From the NCBI GenBank assembly GCA_003514055.1, contig DOSG01000002.1, forward strand, positions 13,985 through 77,984: a stretch of DNA of 64,000 nt. The letters run 5' to 3'. Position 1 is the first letter of the stretch. Every line of letters starts with the position of its first letter. Both the position numbers and the translations under genes were made by a program. This DNA comes from Candidatus Yanofskybacteria bacterium (GTDB taxonomy: Bacteria; Patescibacteriota; Minisyncoccia; 2-02-FULL-40-12; GWA2-44-9). Below the pieces are notes generated by a model. That model was not told the origin of the DNA and made no database searches. It saw nothing but the letters and a program-made list of their open reading frames with translations. Below, piece after piece: positions 10,540 through 21,797 of the stretch.

Positions 10540-11136
10540 ATGGAAAATCAGATCAACAATCCAGTAGCTGGTAATCAACCCACGGCACCAAGTCCAAGCA
10601 GGCCCGGCCAACGACCAGGTGGTTTTGGCGGCAGAAGATCTGGCCCAGGAAGAGGTGGCAGGCCAACCAATCGTGGCCCAAGACAAGATTTCGTCAAGCC
10701 AGAATATGAGCAGAAAGTTCTCGACATCGCTAGAGTTGCTAGAGTAACCAAGGGGGGTAAGAGATTTAGCTTCCGAGCAACTATCGTAATAGGCGATATG
10801 CATGGAAAGGTTGGCGTCGGGATGGCTAAAGGCAAAGACGTAGCTCAATCAGTGCAGAAGGCGTATAACCAAGCTAAAAAAGTTATGGTTTCTGTTCCAA
10901 TCGTTGGAGGAACCATCCCTTACCAAGTTGAAGCCAAGTACAATAGCGCCGTTGTGATTCTGAAGCCATCGAAAGGTGGCGTAAAGGCCGGTGGTCCTGT
11001 TCGTGTTGTTGCTAAGCTTCTAGGAATAAGCAGTCTTACTGGCAAGCTAGTCGAGAGGACGAATAATAAGGTTAATATCGCTATGGCAACTATCCAGGCC
11101 TTGGGCAAGATTAGGATTAAAGAGCTTAAGAAATAA
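10540..11136 (+). CDS. rpsE: 30S ribosomal protein S5 with Pro/Gly/Arg N-terminal extension
   Basis: RVARVTKGGKRFSF, GKVGVG.AK, GVKAGGPVR. Confidence 0.98.
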   Translation: MENQINNPVAGNQPTAPSPSRPGQRPGGFGGRRSGPGRGGRPTNRGPRQDFVKPEYEQKVLDIARVARVTKGGKRFSFRATIVIGDMHGKVGVGMAKGKDVAQSVQKAYNQAKKVMVSVPIVGGTIPYQVEAKYNSAVVILKPSKGGVKAGGPVRVVAKLLGISSLTGKLVERTNNKVNIAMATIQALGKIRIKELKK

Positions 11137-11152
11137 AATACCTGCTAATCAT

Positions 11153-11626
11153 ATGGATCTAAGCAATATAAAATCAAACACAAAGAGGAAGAGCCAAAAG
11201 AGAGTTGGCCGAGGAGGTAAGCGCGGTTTTTCTTCTGGCCATGGGACTAAAGGACAAAAAGGCCGAGCTGGAGCCAGCGTGAAGCCTGGATTTAGAGGTG
11301 GCGACAATCGACTTTGGCAGTTGTTCCCTAAAAGTAGGGGAGCCTCAAAGAAGCCTGGCAATGCTAGACCTCACATGAAGCATCGTTTCTTTATGCTCAA
11401 ACATGATAAGCCAGCGGCAATTAATCTCTACGATCTTAATAATTTGAAAGATGGGCAAGAGATTACGCCAAAGACTCTAAAAGAGCTTGGTTTGATATAT
11501 AGCGTTAAGAATGGAGTTAAAATTCTCTCTGGTGGGGATCTAAAGAAGAAACTAGTATTCAGTGGTCTGAAAATTTCTAAAATTGCGCAGGAAAAGATAT
11601 TGAAATCTGGTGGAGTAATCAAATAA
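11153..11626 (+). CDS. rplO: 50S ribosomal protein L15
   Basis: KRVGRGG...GHGTKGQKGRAG, VKILSGG. Confidence 0.97.
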   Translation: MDLSNIKSNTKRKSQKRVGRGGKRGFSSGHGTKGQKGRAGASVKPGFRGGDNRLWQLFPKSRGASKKPGNARPHMKHRFFMLKHDKPAAINLYDLNNLKDGQEITPKTLKELGLIYSVKNGVKILSGGDLKKKLVFSGLKISKIAQEKILKSGGVIK

Positions 11627-11640
11627 CTTAATCACTTACC

Positions 11641-12900
11641 TTGAATAAGCTAATCCAAATATTCAAAAAAGCTGACCTAAGAAATAAGGTTCTGTATATT
11701 TTCGCTTTGCTAGTAATCTCCAGATTAGTTTCAAATATTCCTATTCCAGCGATTGACGCTCTAAAACTAAAAGAATTCTTCTCCCAAAATCAATTTTTTG
11801 GAATGTTGAGTACTTTCACGGGCGGATCTTTATCCACTCTTTCTCTGGGTATGCTCGGCCTAGGTCCCTATATCACTGGCTCCATCATCATGCAGCTATT
11901 AACTATGATATTCCCATCTCTCGAGCAAATGTATAAATATGATGGCGAAGCTGGCAGGATGAGATTCAATCAATATTCGAGATGGCTGACTGTGCCATTA
12001 GCCATACTTCAGGGCTATGGATTTTTAACTATATTTATTCGTCAGGGCGTAATAAATCCGCTCAATTTAGTCGGATGGATTTCAGCTCTAGCGTCTATTG
12101 TCGCCGGTAGCATATTTTTGATGTGGTTAGGAGAATTAATAACTGAGAAGAATCTAGGCAATGGCGTGTCTCTGCTAATTCTTGCTGGTATAGTTGCTTC
12201 TTTTCCGGCTAGCTTGAGTCAGACCCTTTTCACGTATACAGCTAGCGATCTCTTTACGTACGCAGGCTTCGTCATTGTGGCGCTATTCGTTATAGTAGGC
12301 GTTGTTTATATATCTGAGGCTCAGAGAAATATCCCCATAAACTATGCGCGTAGAGTCAGGGGGATGAGAGTCTATGGCGGAGTCTCCACATATTTGCCTA
12401 TGAGAGTTAATAACGCCGGAGTTATTCCAATTATATTCGCCTTATCGATTTTAATGATACCCGGTATGCTGGCTAATTTTCTTTCAGCATCTAACATAGC
12501 TATAGTATCTCGAATTGCTACGTTCGTGAGAGACATAGTCCAGAATCAAGCCGTGTATGATATCTCCTATTTCTTACTCGTTGTTCTGTTCACTTACTTT
12601 TATACTGCAGTTACTTTTGATCCAAAATCGATTGCCGACAATGTTCAGAAGCAGGGAGGTTATATCCCAGGAATTAGGCCGGGACCAATGACTGCTCAGT
12701 TCTTAAACCACCTACTCAACAGAGTTACTTTAGTTGGAGCCGTATTCTTAGGCGTAATTGCTGTCTTGCCTAACGTTGTAAGGGGTGCGACTGGTATATC
12801 AACTTTCGCCGTTGGCGGAACGTCAATACTAATTGTCGTCTCGGTGGCGCTGGAAATTATGAAGCAGGTAGATGCTCAATTGTCGATGTACGAATACTAA
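11641..12900 (+). CDS. secY: preprotein translocase subunit SecY
   Basis: LGLGPYITGSIIMQLL, MWLGELITE..LGNGVSL, IPGIRPG, GGTSILIVV; TTG start. Confidence 0.99.
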   Translation: MNKLIQIFKKADLRNKVLYIFALLVISRLVSNIPIPAIDALKLKEFFSQNQFFGMLSTFTGGSLSTLSLGMLGLGPYITGSIIMQLLTMIFPSLEQMYKYDGEAGRMRFNQYSRWLTVPLAILQGYGFLTIFIRQGVINPLNLVGWISALASIVAGSIFLMWLGELITEKNLGNGVSLLILAGIVASFPASLSQTLFTYTASDLFTYAGFVIVALFVIVGVVYISEAQRNIPINYARRVRGMRVYGGVSTYLPMRVNNAGVIPIIFALSILMIPGMLANFLSASNIAIVSRIATFVRDIVQNQAVYDISYFLLVVLFTYFYTAVTFDPKSIADNVQKQGGYIPGIRPGPMTAQFLNHLLNRVTLVGAVFLGVIAVLPNVVRGATGISTFAVGGTSILIVVSVALEIMKQVDAQLSMYEY

Positions 12901-12905
12901 TTGTT

Positions 12906-12945
12906 AAATAAAAATACCGCCCCAGCTGGGGCGGTATTTTTATTT
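12906..12945. terminator. bidirectional-type intrinsic terminator ending the S10-spc cluster
   Basis: AAATAAAAATACCGCCCCA-GC-TGGGGCGGTATTTTTATTT. Confidence 0.85.
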
Positions 12946-12977
12946 GTGGGCTATTTAAAAAATGTTATTATTCAGGC

Positions 12978-13667
12978 ATGGAAAGTCACCCTAGAAAGAA
13001 AGCGGTTATATTGATTGGTGCTCCTGGATCTGGCAAGGGCACTCAGGCCGAGATCTTGGCTAAGAAATTCAATCTCTTTCACTTGCAAACGTCTAGATTG
13101 ATTGAGCCAATCATAAATAATCAAGAACTCGTAAAAAATGATCCCGAGACTGCCGAGGTTAAGAGACTGTGGGATGCGGGGGAGCTTGTCCCTTTCACTT
13201 GGGTTGTGAAAATAATGTTTAATAAAATTGAGGAGGTAGATAGCGGCCCGATGGAGGGCATAGTATTTGACGGATCTCCACGTACAATTGACGAAGCTAG
13301 GCTGGAGATACCGCTACTTAACGAGATATTTAATCAAGATCAAGTTAAGATATTTTACATTAGGCTTGGGCCCGAAGAATCATTTAAGAGAAACAGCCGC
13401 CGGAGAATCTGCGAAGCTAATCAGCACCCAATACCGAATTTTGAAGAATTTAAGGATGTGGCGGTTTGCCCCCAAGATGGTAGTAGGCTGATTGTGCGCT
13501 CCCTTGATGATCCGGAAGTAATTAGAGAGAGGTATAAAGTTTTCCTAAGAAGAACTGAGCCTATTATCGGATATCTAAAAGAAACTGGCTATAAGGTATT
13601 TGAGATTAATGGTGAGCAATCGATAGATAAGGTCACGCAGGATATTTTATACGAGTTATCAAAATGA
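12978..13667 (+). CDS. adk: adenylate kinase
   Basis: GAPGSGKGTQA P-loop, FDGSPRT, LID-like region. Confidence 0.95.
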   Translation: MESHPRKKAVILIGAPGSGKGTQAEILAKKFNLFHLQTSRLIEPIINNQELVKNDPETAEVKRLWDAGELVPFTWVVKIMFNKIEEVDSGPMEGIVFDGSPRTIDEARLEIPLLNEIFNQDQVKIFYIRLGPEESFKRNSRRRICEANQHPIPNFEEFKDVAVCPQDGSRLIVRSLDDPEVIRERYKVFLRRTEPIIGYLKETGYKVFEINGEQSIDKVTQDILYELSK

Positions 13668-14410
13668 ATTTAAAGACTGAAAAAGAAATTAAGACTATGA
13701 AGGAAGGCGGAGAAATTCTATCCGCAATTTTACGCAAGCTATCAGAGGCCGCAAAGCCGGGGATAGCCACTTATGAGTTAGAAGAACTTGCACGGAGCCT
13801 GGTTTCTTCGTATAAAGTGAAATCATCTTTCTTGGGATTTGATGGTTATCCATGTGCCCTGTGCGTATCTATTAATGAAGAGATAGTCCACGGCGTGCCA
13901 TCAGACAGAATAATCATGGATGGTGATCTAGTTAAGATAGACATGGGCGTACTGCATAATGGATTCCACACTGATTCGGCGACTACAGTATTGATGCCCG
14001 GAGGCAAGGATCGAGATATAAAAGAGAGATTGATGAATGTCACGAAAGAAGCTCTAAGGATAGGCATATCTAAAGCCACAGTCGGAAGCACTCTTGGTGA
14101 TCTTGGCCATGCGATCCAGAAGTACGTCGAGGATAGCGGCTTTAATGTTGTACGTGACCTAATTGGGCATGGCATCGGCAGAGAATTACATGAGGATCCT
14201 CAGGTTCCCAACTATGGCAAGCCAGGCATGGGTCCGAAGTTAGTGGCGGGGATGGTCATCGCCATAGAGCCGATGGTGGTCACGGGTAGCTGGAAAATAG
14301 CCGATGGGGACGACGGATTTGCCTATAAAACCAAGGATTTAAGCCTATCTGCTCATTTTGAGCATACTGTAGCCATAACCGAAGAGGGGCCATTGACAAT
14401 AACTTCGTAA
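13664..14410 (+). CDS. map: methionine aminopeptidase type I
   Basis: CVSINEEIVHGVP, DSATT, GHGIG..LHEDP, AIEPM, SAHFEHT. Confidence 0.98.
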   Translation: MNLKTEKEIKTMKEGGEILSAILRKLSEAAKPGIATYELEELARSLVSSYKVKSSFLGFDGYPCALCVSINEEIVHGVPSDRIIMDGDLVKIDMGVLHNGFHTDSATTVLMPGGKDRDIKERLMNVTKEALRIGISKATVGSTLGDLGHAIQKYVEDSGFNVVRDLIGHGIGRELHEDPQVPNYGKPGMGPKLVAGMVIAIEPMVVTGSWKIADGDDGFAYKTKDLSLSAHFEHTVAITEEGPLTITS

Positions 14411-14421
14411 TATGAGATAAT
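14393..14421 (+). promoter_or_regulatory. sigma70-type promoter for CAP/sortase genes
   Basis: TTGACA-17 nt-GATAAT. Confidence 0.55.
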
Positions 14422-14447
14422 TATGTAGGAATTATCTAATTATCTGC

Positions 14448-15497
14448 ATGATTAAATGGCCATTCGGTATAACTGAATATCTTAAGGACTTCTTTATTCC
14501 TTCTAAGAACAACAACTATCAGCCCAAAAGTCTGGGCAATAGGAGTTTTTTCATAATCCTTTCGATACTTGTAGCGATAAAGCTCCTAAGCATTTTTTCT
14601 TTTTATGAATTTCTTGGTGCCGATATTTTTAATCAGGTTTCTCAATCTGACCTATTGGCGCTAACCAATGATGTAAGGAGAGACAACGGGGTCCCAGTAT
14701 TAAATCAGAGCGTGGCCCTAAATGCCTCGGCTCAGATGAAGTTGGCAGACATGTTCGATAAAAATTATTTTGCGCACGAGTCCCCAAGCAATATTTCTCC
14801 TTGGAATTGGTTTGATCGAGCTAAATACAGTTATTCTATCGCGGGTGAGAATCTGGCTATGAACTTCGTTTCTACTAATGAAGTTGTTAAGGCTTGGATT
14901 AATTCAGGATCTCATAAGAAAAATTTACTATACAAAGATTTTGTTGATACTGGTATAGCCGTTGGTTCTGGCAAGATTAATGGGCAGAATACTATAGTCG
15001 TAGTTCAGCATTTCGGCAAGCCATTAGTCCAGCCTAAGTCGGCTAGTGTAGTTTCTGAACCGAGACCAATTGTTAAAGCTAGTACGGCGGCCGTAAGTCC
15101 CAAACCCAAGGCCAAGCCGACAGTAAGTTCGACGCCAGAACCGGTTAAAAAGATTAGTCCGATATCTTTGCTAATGGCTCCCGGCGGACAAGTAAAAGAT
15201 GTCATTACGACGATCAGCAGTGATGAGAACAACCAAGAGAAGGACCCAGCTTATGGGGCTTATTACTCGAACGTAGCGTTAAATGATGCTTTGATCGCTG
15301 GAGCGCTGTTGGCTGCCCTGATCCTAATCCTCAAAATTTTTGTTGTCATAAAGGTCCAGTATCCACGGCTAATACTTAGGGGAATCCTCCTGCTGGTAAT
15401 TAGTCTTGCTCTCATATATTTCAAGGATTATAGATTCTTGCAGGGCAATATAATTATCAGTACTGGGAACACGGCCTCAATACAAAATCAAAAATAA
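14448..15497 (+). CDS. CAP (SCP/YkwD-like) domain membrane protein
   Basis: LTNDVR, DMFDKNYFAH.SP, AGENLA, AWINSGSHKKNLL, VVQHFG; N-terminal TM, Pro/Lys linker, two C-terminal TMs. Confidence 0.9.
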   Translation: MIKWPFGITEYLKDFFIPSKNNNYQPKSLGNRSFFIILSILVAIKLLSIFSFYEFLGADIFNQVSQSDLLALTNDVRRDNGVPVLNQSVALNASAQMKLADMFDKNYFAHESPSNISPWNWFDRAKYSYSIAGENLAMNFVSTNEVVKAWINSGSHKKNLLYKDFVDTGIAVGSGKINGQNTIVVVQHFGKPLVQPKSASVVSEPRPIVKASTAAVSPKPKAKPTVSSTPEPVKKISPISLLMAPGGQVKDVITTISSDENNQEKDPAYGAYYSNVALNDALIAGALLAALILILKIFVVIKVQYPRLILRGILLLVISLALIYFKDYRFLQGNIIISTGNTASIQNQK

Positions 15498-15501
15498 TAA
15501 A

Positions 15502-16368
15502 ATGAGAAGCTTATTTTTTATAAAAAAGAATAGTGCTGTAATCAAGACTTCAAATCCGGAGCCGGGGTTTTATGCTTCCCTGGAAGAGGTGAAAGAAGTT
15601 CCGACTACATATAACCGCGTGATAAGATTACTCGGTGTCTTTGCTGTGGCTTTCTTGGTAATCGTGTTGATAGCTAATATTGGAAATATCTTTGGTATCG
15701 CTAACGATTCGGTCAATCCAAAGCTAACCGAAGAAGAGAAGAATGCTCAGATGACAGAATTTTATAGGAAAACCTATGGCTATGGATCGGGCTATCCGGA
15801 TGATGGTTTTGGTGGATCAAATGTACCAGAGCTGAGCGCTTATCCAACTAATGGAAGTGTGGCTGGAGACATAGATTTCATCCCCGCTAACAATAATAGT
15901 CAAGCACAAACAAATAATTCGGCAGCCTCAATCGGGAGCTCCGTACAAGCAATTTCTTCTAACTATGTTTACATCCCCAAGTTAGGAATAAAGGTACCGC
16001 TGGTGATATCGAGCAAAACAGATTCAAAATCTCTACTCGCGGAATTGAATAAAGGCGTTTTAGTATATCCTCAATCGTCTATCCCGGGCGACGGGGGCAT
16101 GACGGTTATCGTTGGGCACTCTTCTTCTAATACTTTAGGAGCTAAATATGGACGAGTTTTCTCTGGTCTATCTAAACTAAGCGGGGGAGATCAGATATTC
16201 ATCAATTTCAATGGAAAAGATTATACATACAATGTAGAGATAAAGAAGACGGGCACAGTAGAAGAGCTTGCCAATCTCGGGATAAACAATGACTTGGTGC
16301 TGGCTACCTGCTGGCCAATCGGGACCGATAGGAACAGGATAATAATAGGTGCTAATTTACAGAGGTAG
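15502..16368 (+). CDS. sortase family protein
   Basis: IPKLGI, VIVGHSS (His), F..L..L..GD.I, LATCWP (Cys), NRIII (Arg); N-terminal TM. Confidence 0.9.
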   Translation: MRSLFFIKKNSAVIKTSNPEPGFYASLEEVKEVPTTYNRVIRLLGVFAVAFLVIVLIANIGNIFGIANDSVNPKLTEEEKNAQMTEFYRKTYGYGSGYPDDGFGGSNVPELSAYPTNGSVAGDIDFIPANNNSQAQTNNSAASIGSSVQAISSNYVYIPKLGIKVPLVISSKTDSKSLLAELNKGVLVYPQSSIPGDGGMTVIVGHSSSNTLGAKYGRVFSGLSKLSGGDQIFINFNGKDYTYNVEIKKTGTVEELANLGINNDLVLATCWPIGTDRNRIIIGANLQR

Positions 16369-16381
16369 GCGGGAAAGGTAG

Positions 16382-16410
16382 TTGACACGATTAAAATAAA
16401 ATGACATAAT
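16382..16410 (+). promoter_or_regulatory. sigma70-type promoter, near-leaderless start
   Basis: TTGACA-17 nt-CATAAT, 10 nt before the ATG. Confidence 0.6.
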
Positions 16411-16420
16411 ATAAAATAAC

Positions 16421-18361
<1,941 letters not shown>

Positions 18362-18377
18362 AAAATGACGGCAGTGT

Positions 18378-18417
18378 CCTACAAAAATACGACCCATACG
18401 GGTCGTATTTTTGTAGG
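18378..18417. terminator. intrinsic terminator
   Basis: CCTACAAAAATACGACCC-ATAC-GGGTCGTATTTTTGTAGG. Confidence 0.85.
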
Positions 18418-18507
18418 CTTAGCAGGGGCCCAACGATCTATATTCAACACAGAGGCTCGAAGTAAAAGCTGGCAAAATTGGCCATTCAGGCGTTATCGGG
18501 AAAGGTG

Positions 18508-18537
18508 TTGACTTGTGTACAAGCTATCTGATATAAT
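18508..18537 (+). promoter_or_regulatory. promoter of the 23S-5S rRNA unit
   Basis: TTGACT-18 nt-TATAAT with extended -10 TGn. Confidence 0.7.
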
Positions 18538-19640
18538 GCCTGTACTTAAATATATGGATAAATCACTACAACTTCTGGTCAAAAGCGGCTGATTGGTCTA
18601 GTGTATTTTTATGCTCTAATCAGAAGCCGCTCGGAAGCGGTAATTTTTTTAAGAGTTTATCTAGACGAGTATCGCGAGTATGGTAATTAAACTCTTACCC
18701 CGCATCCGTAGGCGTAAATGTGTGGTAGAGATAAGTGGATGCAGATAGTATTCGTAGGGATTAAAAATTATACCTTGGCTAGTGGATGGCGGGGTGATCA
18801 AAAGATTGGCTCTCGACGATAGGCCACTAGGCGGCTCTTCGCTGACAGCTAATGAAAGAAGCTTGAAAATTTGTTAGTACGCTTTAGTAGAACGAATTGG
18901 ATATTTGTTTTACTAAAAGCGGGAAAATGCATTAAGTAAAGAAATCACACTGATAGTTACTCATTTGTAGTTAGTAAGAAGAAATATTTATCTAATTTTT
19001 GTAAATCAAAATTTAGACGGATATAAGGGCGTATGGAGGATGCCTAGACACTAGAAGGCGATGAAGGTCGTGGCGTGACTGCGATAAACTTCGGGGAGCC
19101 GTCGAGCGGGCTTTGATCCGGAGGTAACCGAATGGGGCAACCCAATATGACAAACTCATATTATCTCGCGTAAGCGAGATGCGTACCTGGGGAAGTGAAA
19201 CATCTCAGTACCCAGAGGAAAAGAGAACGAAGTTATCCCCTTAGTAGCGGCGAGCGAAAAGGGAACAGCCTAAACCGATTTCATAATTTATTATGTCGTC
19301 GGGGTAATAGGGATAGTACAACTAAAAATTTGAATTTCGGTCTTCTTGATCGAGATTCAAGTTTTTAAAAGAAGTTACAAATTCGTGCGTTAGCAGAATG
19401 GCCCTGGAATGGCCAACCAAAGAAGGTGACAGTCCTGTAAGCGAAAACAAACGAACTTCTGTATTATTTCCTGAGTAGCCCGGGATAAGGATGTCCTGGG
19501 TGAATTTGTCCATACTACTGGATAAGGCTAAATACTTCTAGTGATCGATAGTGAACCAGTACCGTGAGGGAAAGGTGAAAAGCACCCCGATGAGGGGAGT
19601 GAAATAGCAACTGAAACCATATGCCTACAAAGAGCAGGAG

Positions 19641-19733
19641 CCGTACTTTGCACAGAGATCCTAAGTCCTAAACGAATTGGAAAATTGTTTAGAGTTTGGA
19701 AATTAGAATTTAGAGTTTCCGTGCAGGGTGCGG
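19641..19733 (+). other. 23S helix-25 insertion (IVS/expansion segment)
   Basis: ~93-nt hairpin CCGTACTTTGCAC...GTGCAGGGTGCGG between GGAG and TGACTGTGTGCC. Confidence 0.85.
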
Positions 19734-19836
19734 TGACTGTGTGCCTATTGAAGAATGACCCAACGAGTTTATTTAAATTACACTCTAAGTCCTTATGGGA
19801 CGAAGGGGAAGGGAAACCGAGTGTTAATAGCGCGTC

Positions 19837-19885
19837 ATCCAACTTAAATTTTTGGACTACGTAAGTTCAAAAATTTAAGTTGGAT
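19837..19885 (+). other. 23S hairpin insertion near E. coli position ~650
   Basis: 21-bp stem ATCCAACTTAAATTTTTGGAC/GTTCAAAAATTTAAGTTGGAT. Confidence 0.8.
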
Positions 19886-20410
19886 ATGTAGTTTGAGTAA
19901 GACCCGAAGCCAGGCGAGCTAACCATGACCAGGATGAAGGTTACCGAAAGGTAACTGGAGGTCCGAACCAGTTGGTAGCGCAATACCATTGGATGAGTTG
20001 TGGTTCGTAGTGAAAAGCTTATCGAGCTTGGTAATAGCTGGTTCTCTCCGAAATGCCTTTAGGGGCAGCGTTGCACAGTAGCAGAGGGGGTAGAGCACTG
20101 AATGGTAATCCGTGCCCTTTTGGGTAGGACTACCAAACAAACTCCGAATACCTTTGTGGAATGTGCGGCAGTGAGTAAGCGGGGGCAAAGCTTCGTTTAC
20201 GCAAGGGAAACAGCCCAGATCACCGCTTAAGGTCCCAAAATTTAGACTAAGTGAAAAGGAAGTGTTTTGCCTTAGACAGGTAGGAGGTTGGCTTAGAAGC
20301 AGCCATCCTTTAAAGAGTGCGTAATAGCTCACTATTCGATCTCATCGCAAGATGAGGAGGCAAAGTGCGCCGAAAATTTATAGGGGCTAAGTCTAATACC
20401 GAAAGCGTGG

Positions 20411-20648
20411 GTTCGGTGATTTCATAAAGGAAAGTTGTGGACAGAGATAGTTCAAGGGAAGAACATCTGGCCTCATAAGCCAGAGATACGTGGCTCAACT
20501 CCACGGCTCTGTCCCATAAGTCGGGCGGGAACGACAATCAATTTCATACAGAACCTGTCTGCCAGACACAGCGGGTTCCACGATTGTTGTTTTCGTCCGA
20601 CAACCTTTCATCTCGTTCTTCGAGATGTCCTTTATGAAACCACCGAGC
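20411..20648 (+). other. 23S helix-45 insertion (IVS), multibranched
   Basis: closed by GTTCGGTG/CACCGAGC and TTTCATAAAGGA/TCCTTTATGAAA, between conserved ACCGAA(A)GC and GGTAGGAGAGC. Confidence 0.9.
20441..20516 (+). tRNA. tRNA-Met(CAT)-like cloverleaf (possibly degenerate or a mimic) nested in the 23S H45 insertion
   Basis: ACAGAGA TA GTTC AAGGGAA GAAC AT CTGGC CTCATAA GCCAG AGATA CGTGG CTCAACT CCACG GCTCTGT C CCA; 76 nt. Confidence 0.7.
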
Positions 20649-21658
20649 GGTAGGAGAGCATTCTGATCTGCTGTGAAGGTTCGCTGTGAAGCGGGCTGGA
20701 GCGGTCAGAAGGGAAAATGTTGGGATGAGTAACCGCAAGACCGGTTAAAGTCCGGTCCGTCGTAAGCCTAAGGTTTCCTCCGCGATGGCAATCATCGGAG
20801 GGTTAGGCGTCCCTAAGGATAACCGTGCTTTCGAGCGCGGGATGCCGATGGTGAGCCGGTTAATATTCCGGCCCCACTTATGTATATCTGATTGAGATGA
20901 CGGGCAACACAAGATCAAGCACATTATTGGATTTGATGTTTTCCACCCATAGACTTTCTACCAGGAAAATCCGGTAGAGGCCGCAAGGCAATGTCGAGGG
21001 TAGAAGAAATCGTCGCAAGACGAGATTTGATCGAAGAGGGCTCCAAGAAAAGTCTCTAATGTTAGTACATGAGTGCACGTACCTAAAACCGAAACAGGTG
21101 GGCTGGTGTAAGTGCACCAAGACGAACGGGTGATTATTGGTTAAGGAACTCGGCAAAAAAGCGGCCGTAAGTTCGCGATAAGGCCTGCCGCCGCAAGGCG
21201 GCCACAGCTAAAGAACCCCTGGCGACTGTTTATCAAAAACACAACTCCGTGCTAAGCCGAAAGGCGCTGTATACGGGGTGACGCTTGTCCGGTGCCGGAA
21301 CGTTAACGGTGGAGGTGGTATGTCGCAAGATGTACTGCTGACGCCCGAAGCGCCGGTGAACGACGGCAGTAACTATAACTGTCTAAAAGTAGCAAAATAC
21401 CTTGTGGGGTAAGTTCCCACGCGCATGAATAGCGGAACGACTGGGGGACTGTCTCAACCAATAGCCCGGTGAAAATGCAATGTCGGTAAAGATGCCGACT
21501 TCCCGCGCCAAGACGGAAAGACCCCGGAAGCTTCACTGCAGCTTGGTATTGGTCTACGAGTTGTTATACGTAGCGTAGTGAGTAGGATTTGAAGCCACAC
21601 TCTCGGGTGTGGTGGATCCGCCAATGAAACACTCATTTTAACGATTTGTAGCTCTAAC

Positions 21659-21797
21659 CGGTAACACCCTAAAAGGGTGGGACAATAAAAGCTAAAGTAA
21701 GCTCCTGGTGATAGATTTATTACTGAGAATTTTAGTAATCAATCTTATGGAGTTATTTTAGATTTTATCAATGTCTTACTTTTCTAGGGTGTTATCG
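21659..21797 (+). other. 23S helix-79 insertion
   Basis: ~139-nt AT-rich hairpin CGGTAACACCCTA...TAGGGTGTTATCG between CTAAC and AGACAGTGCC. Confidence 0.85.

Noticed and set aside
20411-21797. Group I or II self-splicing introns in 23S
   Set aside because: The insertions sit in variable surface helices and are closed by simple stems; no P7/catalytic core or domain V was recognised.
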